From Chloroflexota bacterium (GTDB lineage: Bacteria; Chloroflexota; Dehalococcoidia; E44-bin15), in NCBI GenBank assembly GCA_030604825.1, contig JAUVVB010000003.1:4224-68223 (forward strand): 64,000 nucleotides of DNA, given 5' to 3'. The notes beneath the pieces are model-generated. The model was not told the origin of the DNA. It ran no database searches and was given only the letters and a program-made list of their open reading frames with translations. Shown here one piece after another: positions 37,262-44,209 of the stretch. Made by a program: the position numbers and the translations under genes. How positions within the stretch are numbered: the stretch's first letter is position 1; the number at the start of each line of letters is the position of its first letter.

Positions 37262-37927
37262 TCACGACGCCAAACGATCTTCAAGCAACAATAAGTCCGT
37301 GCTATCCAATACTTTATATTCACTGGGATCTAGTCCAGCATTTGTTAGGCGCAGATAGAATGCGTCTCGGTGTATATATGTAATGAAAAAGCCTTCAGCT
37401 TTTCCTCCCGATAGTGTTTCAATTTGACTCAAGTCATCCTTCTGTCTTCTTATGGAATCCCAGTCATCTAATGAACACTTGCTTTGTAGACAATGCCCTC
37501 TCTCTTGACTACAACCAGCAGCATCAATTGAGCCCGATGTCCATACACCAATTCTTACCTGAACTTCTATGTCGGCTCTGGGATATATCTTGCGGCAAAT
37601 GAAATATGAGAAAACTTCTCCGACCGCGCCCCGCAAATGATCAATTTCACTGGAGTCTCCTGCGTAGATTGCATCCAGCTCATTCAAGATCTCAAGTGCC
37701 CTAACATGTGCACTGTGCTGGTTCAAGAACAATTTGGCTTGAGGATGTTGGCGAAACTTTGTGAAACCCTTCCGGCAAAAGAGAGTCCCCGGTATGGTCA
37801 GTAGCTGAAAATCCGGGACACGATAACTACTACCCTCTTCGTCTTTCAGCAGATTGCATAATCTTTCTACCCGCCTCTGATAAGCCTCTCGAGGATTGGG
37901 GCGAATCGGAACTAGGTCGAAAACCAT
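37262..37927 (-). CDS. Putative PD-(D/E)xK-superfamily nuclease (QxK variant)
   Basis: Motif spacing E104 (RGAVGEVF), D135 (SIDAAG), Q148-S-K150, Q162; GGGGAGG RBS. Confidence 0.6.
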   Translation of the reverse strand: MVFDLVPIRPNPREAYQRRVERLCNLLKDEEGSSYRVPDFQLLTIPGTLFCRKGFTKFRQHPQAKLFLNQHSAHVRALEILNELDAIYAGDSSEIDHLRGAVGEVFSYFICRKIYPRADIEVQVRIGVWTSGSIDAAGCSQERGHCLQSKCSLDDWDSIRRQKDDLSQIETLSGGKAEGFFITYIHRDAFYLRLTNAGLDPSEYKVLDSTDLLLLEDRLAS

Positions 37928-37947
37928 CCGTCTTAGCCCTCCCCGTC

Positions 37948-38367
37948 TTACCTTTCCTCTTCGCCCGCGACTTCTAGCCTACCGGGAGTTATGAGAGGGG
38001 CTGCAAAACTCTTGCCCGTCAAAGTACTAAATAGCTCACTACTAAAAGGGAGGATGGTATTTATAACATGAGTTTGGAAGGCATCGTTCTTAAAAATGTC
38101 CCTCGGCATAGGATCTTGAAACGCGAACCGCACCGCATGTGTTACTCGAAACGAGATTCCCTCGGACTTTATTTCCTGCCTAACTTTCAACTTGAAGCTG
38201 GTCTTCCTCTTTGCGCTGAAGGAAAAGGTTATGGAGCCTTCCAAGGGGATTCTCGATTCACTATCCCTTGCAAGCTCAGGTGCTGTAGCCCGATAGTACA
38301 AACTCAACAGCCGGATTCCGGCAATCCTTATGTGAGGGATTTCGCTCGGTGTTTCACGGCTGCTCAT
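37948..38367 (-). CDS. SecB-like chaperone
   Basis: 139 aa; alternating beta-strand pattern followed by NTILPFSSELFSTLTGKSFAAPLITP, matching the SecB C-terminal N..L.P(Y/F)..E....LT......PL..P motif. Confidence 0.7.
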   Translation of the reverse strand: MSSRETPSEIPHIRIAGIRLLSLYYRATAPELARDSESRIPLEGSITFSFSAKRKTSFKLKVRQEIKSEGISFRVTHAVRFAFQDPMPRDIFKNDAFQTHVINTILPFSSELFSTLTGKSFAAPLITPGRLEVAGEEER

Positions 38368-38945
38368 CGTGTTACATTTACTTTGTAGGATATTGATACG
38401 CTTCGTTCCGACACGTGAAAACTTGTTCTTTCCGAGCGACCTCTCTCCTCACGTTGAAACGAACGCGTGTAGAACCAAGGAACATCAGACGACCGCTTGA
38501 CCAAGTCGTTGAGTTGGTATGGCATGTCGAGAATATGATCTACCGCATGCGCTATGGTTTCTTCGTCAACCATGTTTAGGGAGGAATTTAGAGCCATCAC
38601 TATGTCTGAAAGCACTGACAGAGTCCTTGGATTATCAAAAACATCTGATTCACAAAATGCATTGATGGCTTCCACTACGTCGCTATGAATCCATCGGCAG
38701 ATATCATCACGACTTTCTGCTATACTGGCTAGCAAATTGTTCTCTACAAGCAAATTGAGCTTAGAGAGATAGTTGAGACCGAGATTGGACATTAGGAAAT
38801 CACGGAATAGTCTGCACACGTCGCTCGTCGGGGTTGAACCCAAAGACATTAACCCCCGGAAGTACATGTTCAAGACTCTTGTGACCCCGTGTTCCTCTGT
38901 AGCACTTACCAGATCACGAGTCTGTTCTAGTTGTTTAGTTGCCAT
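38364..38945 (-). CDS. Helical hypothetical protein with ChAD-like C-terminal tail (putative antitoxin)
   Basis: GAGGTG RBS; ATGA overlap with the SecB-like gene; Ser/Thr/aromatic-rich tail PWFYTRSF...TSFHVSERSVSISYKVNVTR. Confidence 0.55.
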   Translation of the reverse strand: MATKQLEQTRDLVSATEEHGVTRVLNMYFRGLMSLGSTPTSDVCRLFRDFLMSNLGLNYLSKLNLLVENNLLASIAESRDDICRWIHSDVVEAINAFCESDVFDNPRTLSVLSDIVMALNSSLNMVDEETIAHAVDHILDMPYQLNDLVKRSSDVPWFYTRSFQREERGRSERTSFHVSERSVSISYKVNVTR

Positions 38946-39361
38946 GACTCACCTCGTATCTATCGTGCTTGTTTTGTAACAACTAAGGAAATGTCGCGAC
39001 TGCCTGCTATGCAATCGCAAACAATCATAAGTGCGAGTACGCATTAGTTGAACATTCTTGCAGCTAATATTAAACATAGAATCCGATAAATGTCAATCCG
39101 TCTTTGGTCCTAAGAACTGTGAGACATACAAGAGAGGGTTTCGCACATCCCTAATTATTATTGCCCAGATCGGCAACCCCGTATATAATGGCGGAAGGGG
39201 AGGCATACTAATGAAGGGTGCTGGGCGGCACCCCTCATCTCCTGTCTTAGACTCCCTTCACGATCTCCTCCGCCTCCCGCAGCGCCTCCGTCTCGTCTGG
39301 GAAGAGGCTGCCCTGAATCGGCGGGCGGCTGCCGCTGCCCCGGTCAGTGGCGGATGAATTG

Positions 39362-39380
39362 GTTTGCAAAATGTTTGCAA
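39362..39380. repeat. 19-bp arm-type repeat, copy 2
   Basis: GTTTGCAAAATGTTTGCAA, about 20 bp downstream of the tRNA 3' end. Confidence 0.9.
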
Positions 39381-39399
39381 ACCGAGGGCAAACAGATAG

Positions 39400-39471
39400 T
39401 GGGCCGCATAGGAATCGAACCTACGACACGCGGATTAAAAGTCCGCTGCTCTACCACTGAGCTACCGGCCC
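39400..39471 (-). tRNA. tRNA-Lys (UUU), CCA not encoded
   Basis: GGGCCGG TA GCTC AGTGGTA GAGC A GCGGA CTTTTAA TCCGC GTGTC GTAGG TTCGATT CCTAT GCGGCCC A cloverleaf. Confidence 0.93.
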
Positions 39472-39526
39472 ACCTGGGGAAATATAGCCCACCATGCTCT
39501 GGCTGTCAATATGGGCCGTTTTCGCC

Positions 39527-40093
39527 CTAGCTTCGCCCGCTGCCGGGCTTGGTCAAGGCGACCCCTCGGGCACATAGGGGGCACTCCTCGGGGGTATAGC
39601 TGGGAACGGATACCTCATGGCAGCTGAAAAAGGGCACGTCGAATTTGACCCCGCCGGAACGGTCCACCAGCACCCCCACCCCTACCGGCTCACCGCCATA
39701 GTTCCTCACCGCCTTCATCACCTGGAGGACGGAGGTCCCCGTGGTCAATACGTCGTCGACGATAAGCACCCTTTCCCCAGGGGTGAGGATGAACCCCCTC
39801 CTGAAGGCCCTGCCCTCGCCTTCCCTTTCCGCCATGATGCTGTTGGCCCCCAGTTGCCTGGCCACCTCGAAGGCAACGATGATGCCACCCAACGAAGGCC
39901 CGGCCACGACCTGGACCCCCTCACCCTGGAAACGCTGGGCAATCATCTGGCAAAGCCGCTGGGTAAGGTGGGGGTGTTGAAGCACCCTGAACTTCTCCCA
40001 ATAGGTGGCGGAGTGCAAGCCCGAGGCCAGTTCAAAATGGCCTTCCAGGATTGCTCCCGCCTCCCTGAAGATCTTCTCCACCTCTGCTGACAA
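39527..40093 (-). CDS. pyrE: Orotate phosphoribosyltransferase
   Basis: GHFELASGLHS; PRPP motif VLIVDDVLTTG. Confidence 0.95.
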   Translation of the reverse strand: MSAEVEKIFREAGAILEGHFELASGLHSATYWEKFRVLQHPHLTQRLCQMIAQRFQGEGVQVVAGPSLGGIIVAFEVARQLGANSIMAEREGEGRAFRRGFILTPGERVLIVDDVLTTGTSVLQVMKAVRNYGGEPVGVGVLVDRSGGVKFDVPFFSCHEVSVPSYTPEECPLCARGVALTKPGSGRS

Positions 40094-40108
40094 GGGGCCT
40101 CTTTCTAG

Positions 40109-40648
40109 CTAGCGCTGGGCAAAGGAATAATTGGGCACCAGCTGCCACTCGCTTACCGGCCAGTAGCATAGCCATGCTTTACCCACTATGTCTTCGCGGG
40201 GTAGCCATATCCCCTGCCGAGCCCAAACATGGGAATCGCTGCTATGATTTCGGTTGTCCCCCAGGACAAAGTAGCAATCCGCTGGCACCTGCTGTGGAGG
40301 GAGAGTATAGCGAGGTTCCTCCAAGATATAGTCGTCCTCACTCAGCAGCCCGCCATTGATATATACCTTGCCGTCCCTTATCTCCACCGTTTCCTCCGGG
40401 ATGGCGGTCACCCTTTTTATCAGGTATTCGCTCGAATTTTGCGGGGAGCGAAATACGATTATGTCCCCCCTCTCTGGGGGGTGGAGGTGGTAAACCACCT
40501 TATTGACCAGTAGATATTGCCCCTGGTGAATGTTGGGCTCCATGCTGGCGCCTATCACCATGTAGCTGTCCAGTGTAGCTTGTGCCGCCAAAAATATGAT
40601 GAGGGCCAGCAGCAGGGTGGCCAGCATCTCGCGCAGCCTAAACTTCAT
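40109..40648 (-). CDS. lepB: Signal peptidase I
   Basis: GASMEP, LIKRV, LGDNRNHSSDS. Confidence 0.93.
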   Translation of the reverse strand: MKFRLREMLATLLLALIIFLAAQATLDSYMVIGASMEPNIHQGQYLLVNKVVYHLHPPERGDIIVFRSPQNSSEYLIKRVTAIPEETVEIRDGKVYINGGLLSEDDYILEEPRYTLPPQQVPADCYFVLGDNRNHSSDSHVWARQGIWLPREDIVGKAWLCYWPVSEWQLVPNYSFAQR

Positions 40649-40785
40649 CCTCTCCCTTCAAGGTTAGCTTTGCTCCCTCAATTATAACCCATCGAGAAAG
40701 CCCCTTCCAGTCCATTTCCAAATTTGCTTTGACTGGAGTTGAAGGTCTGATAAAATGGGCTAATGACATCTCTGGGCAGATAGCG

Positions 40786-41334
40786 ATGGAAGAAGGCGAC
40801 CTCATCCTTGCCAGCAAAAAGGGCGACCTGGATTCCTTTAACCAGCTGGTGGAAAGGTATCAAAGGGAGGTCTATAACCTCGCCCTGAGGATGCTGGGAA
40901 ATTCCCAGGCTGCTGAGGATGCCACTCAGGAGGCCTTTATCTCTGCCTTCAGGGGGATCGCCAGGTTTAGAGGGGGGAACTTCAGGGCATGGCTGTTGCG
41001 CATCGTGGCCAATGCCTGCCGCGACCAGCTTCGCTTATTGAGACGCCGCCCCACCATCCCCCTGGATGCCTTGGTTCTGGAAGCTGACCGCGATACGCCA
41101 TCCCCTGAGGACTACGCCCTGAGGCGAGAGCTGGGGGAGCAGATCGCCAAGGCCCTGGCCGACCTTCTCCCGGACCAGCGCCTTGCTGTCATCCTCTGCG
41201 ACATCGAGGGTCTCAGCTATGAGGAGATCGCCCAGGCTATGAATTGCTCCCTGGGGACGGTGAGGTCAAGGATTAGCCGGGGGCGGGGTCGACTGCGCCG
41301 CCATCTGGCAGAACATGGGGAACTTTCCCCCTAG
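40786..41334 (+). CDS. ECF sigma-70 factor
   Basis: AEDATQEAF, FRAWLLRIVAN, LSYEEIA...GTVRSRISRGR; candidate promoter TTGACT-16-TAAAAT at 40729-40756. Confidence 0.92.
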   Translation: MEEGDLILASKKGDLDSFNQLVERYQREVYNLALRMLGNSQAAEDATQEAFISAFRGIARFRGGNFRAWLLRIVANACRDQLRLLRRRPTIPLDALVLEADRDTPSPEDYALRRELGEQIAKALADLLPDQRLAVILCDIEGLSYEEIAQAMNCSLGTVRSRISRGRGRLRRHLAEHGELSP

Positions 41335-41363
41335 ATATTTCGTCTTTATAGAGGAAGGGAAAA

Positions 41364-41900
41364 ATGTTCAGGCGAAAAGGCGAATGCCAGAGAGTAAGGG
41401 AGATGCTTTCTCCATATATCGACGGGCAACTCAGCCCTGGGGAGAGGGGACTGGTGGAGGGTCATATCGAGGGGTGCGAGGCATGTTGTCAGGAGCTGGA
41501 GTTCTTGAAGGCCACGGTGAATCTGCTTCACCGCGTGCCTATAGTTTCGCCGCCGCGCTCTTTTGCCATCGCTGAAGTGGTGCCCCAGCGGCGTGCTGCT
41601 CCCTTGACTGCGTTGAGCGCTGCCACCGCTGGCGCCGTATTGCTTCTGGCGTTTTTCTTCATCAGCGATGCGCTAAACCTCTTCAGTTCAGAAGTGCTTG
41701 TCGAAGAGCAATTCAGGGAAGGCGCCCTGATGGCTGAGGGAGCCCCAGATATGGCAGAGGCGGGCTACGAGATTGTTGAGAATTGGCCCTTTTGGCAGCT
41801 CGAGGTTGCCTTTTCCGCGCTGGTGGTGATACTGGGGGCGATGACTATAATTTGGTGGCTTAAAAGAAGGAAAGGGGGTGAAAAGGCCCCAAGAAGCTGA
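41364..41900 (+). CDS. Membrane-bound zf-HC2 anti-sigma factor
   Basis: C...LSPYIDG...HIEGCEAC (HxxxCxxC) plus two TM segments. Confidence 0.88.
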   Translation: MFRRKGECQRVREMLSPYIDGQLSPGERGLVEGHIEGCEACCQELEFLKATVNLLHRVPIVSPPRSFAIAEVVPQRRAAPLTALSAATAGAVLLLAFFFISDALNLFSSEVLVEEQFREGALMAEGAPDMAEAGYEIVENWPFWQLEVAFSALVVILGAMTIIWWLKRRKGGEKAPRS

Positions 41901-41924
41901 CCTAAACTGGAAAGGGGGTGGCAG

Positions 41925-42644
41925 ATGAGAAAAAGCCCATATTTAGCCGTCAGTTTAGTTCTGGTGCTCATTTTGTTGGGGACAGTAAGTTGTGCCTTGA
42001 GCCAGGCGAACCAAAACAGCGGGTTTACCCCGGTGACTGAGGAGGAGAGCAGGAGGATAGCTGAAGACTACCTGAGGAACAGCCCCACCTTCACCTTTGA
42101 TGGCATGGAGGATACCCTCAGCCTGGTGGAGACCCACACAATGCTTTGCCCCTACTGCTGGGAGTTTGAGTTTGAGTTCCAGTGCCTTCATGCCGGCTAT
42201 GGTGATAGGTCGGGGCAGGCAGTTGCTGAGGTGATAACCCCCCACACAGCGAGGATCCTGGTTCAGGAGGGGCAGGTGCTTGGAGCGACCATCGATGGGG
42301 TGTGGGATATGATGAAGCAGGAGATGCTCCCCGGTGACTGGGGTCAAACAACCGCTGAGGCAATCCTGGTGGAGGTCGGCGATAGCTTCATTTTGTCCCG
42401 GGACTCCAACCCCACCACCGGCTATGCCTGGCAGGCTCAGTTCGATGACGAACTCCTTGAGCTGGTAGAAACCAAATTCGAGCCCTCCTCGGAGGCCATT
42501 GGCGCTGGAGGTGTTGAGAGTTTTGAGTTTCGGGCGCTAAAGCAGGGCGATACTGAAATCACCATGGTCTATAAGAGGAGCTGGGAGGAGGGCTACATCG
42601 AAAAGGTGGTTTTCGGCGTTCACATAACTGAAGTCGAGGCTTAG
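41925..42644 (+). CDS. Secreted/lipoprotein with C-terminal chagasin-like protease inhibitor (I42) domain
   Basis: Signal peptide with Cys (GTVSC); SNPTTGYAW and IGAGG..F.F motifs. Confidence 0.8.
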   Translation: MRKSPYLAVSLVLVLILLGTVSCALSQANQNSGFTPVTEEESRRIAEDYLRNSPTFTFDGMEDTLSLVETHTMLCPYCWEFEFEFQCLHAGYGDRSGQAVAEVITPHTARILVQEGQVLGATIDGVWDMMKQEMLPGDWGQTTAEAILVEVGDSFILSRDSNPTTGYAWQAQFDDELLELVETKFEPSSEAIGAGGVESFEFRALKQGDTEITMVYKRSWEEGYIEKVVFGVHITEVEA

Positions 42645-42659
42645 AGAAAGGAGGTCAAA

Positions 42660-42758
42660 ATGAGAAACAGGTTAGTGGTCATCGGCTTAGCATCGTTAGT
42701 CGCCATCACCGGGGCTGGTTACATCTGGCGTAAGCACCGGAAAGGGGGTTCAAGATGA
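42660..42758 (+). CDS. 32-aa single-pass membrane peptide
   Basis: AAGGAGGT RBS; MRNRLVVIGLASLVAITGAGYIWRKHRKGGSR*; ATGA overlap with the next gene. Confidence 0.6.
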   Translation: MRNRLVVIGLASLVAITGAGYIWRKHRKGGSR

Positions 42759-43519
42759 GAAAGAGGTTGTTGGTAGGTTTGCTTATTGGGGTTGCCCTAT
42801 TGGCGGCGGGCTGTGCTTCCTCGGCAAATGCAAGCTCTGTAACGCCTCCAGGGACAACCCCGCAAAGTATATCAAACTTGGAGGGGAACTACAATCAGAC
42901 GACGGGGCTGTGGGTAACTGGTCAGGGCGAGGTAACGGTAGTTCCCGATTTGGCCGTGCTCAGCATGGGCATTGAGGCCCAGGCACCGACGGTGGAGCAG
43001 GCGATGGATGAGGCCACCACGTCTATGAATCGGGTTATGAATGCCCTTCGCGCCAACGGGGTTGCTGATAGGGATATCAAGACCCAGTGGTTCAACATCT
43101 ATCCGGTGAGAAGGTGGACGGATGAGGGCCAGGAGGTGCTTATTGGCTACCGGGTGACCAACATGGTGAATGCCAAGATCAGGGATGTGGAGGCCACCGG
43201 TCGCATCATCGACCAGGTGGCCCAGGCAGGGGGAGACCTCACCCGAATCCAGGGGGTGAGCTTCACCGTGGATGACCCCTCGCAGTACTATGGCGAGGCA
43301 CGGCAGAAGGCTGTCGCCGACGCTCAAGCCAAGGCGCAGCAACTGGCTGCCCTTGCCGGCGTCAGCCTGGGTCGCCCCTTCTATATCTCCGAGAGCGGCG
43401 GTTTCGTCCCCATCCCCCGGGACTATCGTATGATGGAGGGCGGTGCTCCCCCTACCCCCATCAGCCCCGGGGAGACCGAGATCACCCTCACCGTCCAGAT
43501 GGCTTTTGCCATTGAGTAG
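42755..43519 (+). CDS. SIMPL (DUF541) domain lipoprotein
   Basis: Lipobox LAAGC; VTGQGEVTVVPDLA, DIKTQ, AVADAQAKAQQLA. Confidence 0.88.
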   Translation: MRKRLLVGLLIGVALLAAGCASSANASSVTPPGTTPQSISNLEGNYNQTTGLWVTGQGEVTVVPDLAVLSMGIEAQAPTVEQAMDEATTSMNRVMNALRANGVADRDIKTQWFNIYPVRRWTDEGQEVLIGYRVTNMVNAKIRDVEATGRIIDQVAQAGGDLTRIQGVSFTVDDPSQYYGEARQKAVADAQAKAQQLAALAGVSLGRPFYISESGGFVPIPRDYRMMEGGAPPTPISPGETEITLTVQMAFAIE

Positions 43520-43534
43520 GGGCTCAGATCAGAT

Positions 43535-43570
43535 AAGAGGGGGCAGGTGAACCTGCCCCCTCTTTCTTTG
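43535..43570 (+). terminator. Rho-independent terminator
   Basis: AAGAGGGGGCAGG-TGAA-CCTGCCCCCTCTT perfect stem followed by a T-rich tail. Confidence 0.85.
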
Positions 43571-43599
43571 TTGCACTTTGCCAGGCTGGATGGTAGAAT
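43571..43599 (+). promoter_or_regulatory. sigma70 promoter for the dcd-rib operon
   Basis: TTGCAC-17 nt-TAGAAT. Confidence 0.55.
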
Positions 43600-43626
43600 T
43601 GCCATACCCAGCAGCCGGGGCTCAAA

Positions 43627-44199
43627 ATGGTGCTCAGCGATCGAACCATCAAGGAAGAGCTTGCCAAGGGGAGGATTATCATCGCCCCTCTGGACCCCAG
43701 CTGCATCCAGCCGGCGAGCGTTGATATCCGCCTGGACCGAAAGCTCCTCGTCTTCAGGACCTGGCGTTATCCCTACTATATCGACGTTAGGGAAAACCTG
43801 GAGGACCTCACCGAAATGGTGGAGCTCGACGAGGACAAGCCCTTCTTCTTGCAGCCCGGGGAGTTCGTTCTGGCCAGCACCCTTGAATCCATCAGCCTCC
43901 CCGATGACATTGTGGGCAGGCTGGAGGGGAAGAGTTCCCTGGGCAGGATTGGGCTTTTGATCCATTCCACCGCTGGATATGTTGATCCCGGCTGGCAGGG
44001 GCATCTCACCATGGAGCTCTCCAATGCGGCCAAGCTTCCCATAACCCTTTACTGTGGAATGAGGATCGGGCAGATCTCCTTCCTTCGCCTCTCTTCCCCT
44101 GCTGAGAGGGTCTATGGGACGGAGGGCCTGGGGAGCAAGTATCAGGGGCAGACGGAGCCCACCGCCAGCAGGTACTATCAGGACTTCCAGGAGAAGTAG
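43627..44199 (+). CDS. dcd: dCTP deaminase
   Basis: IQPASVD, GKSSLGR, AGYVDPGW, RIGQI. Confidence 0.95.
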   Translation: MVLSDRTIKEELAKGRIIIAPLDPSCIQPASVDIRLDRKLLVFRTWRYPYYIDVRENLEDLTEMVELDEDKPFFLQPGEFVLASTLESISLPDDIVGRLEGKSSLGRIGLLIHSTAGYVDPGWQGHLTMELSNAAKLPITLYCGMRIGQISFLRLSSPAERVYGTEGLGSKYQGQTEPTASRYYQDFQEK

Positions 44200-44209
44200 A
44201 GGCATTGCG

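Larger units (their letters stand above)
36920..39442. mobile_element. Integrase-less mini genomic island inserted in tRNA-Lys
   Basis: Bounded by the tRNA 3'-half duplication; the same 19-bp repeat sits near both ends; cargo is visibly AT-richer than the flanks; no integrase ORF. Confidence 0.85.

Noticed and set aside
36966-39399. Integrase or transposase within the island; plus-strand ORFs 37177-37383, 37414-37602, 38068-38388, 39058-39357
   Set aside because: No R-H-R-Y or serine-recombinase motifs; these ORFs lack RBSs or are antisense shadows of the three-gene operon.
43600-44209. FMN riboswitch ahead of the rib genes
   Set aside because: ribD follows dcd directly with ~10 bp of spacer; no RFN element is visible.
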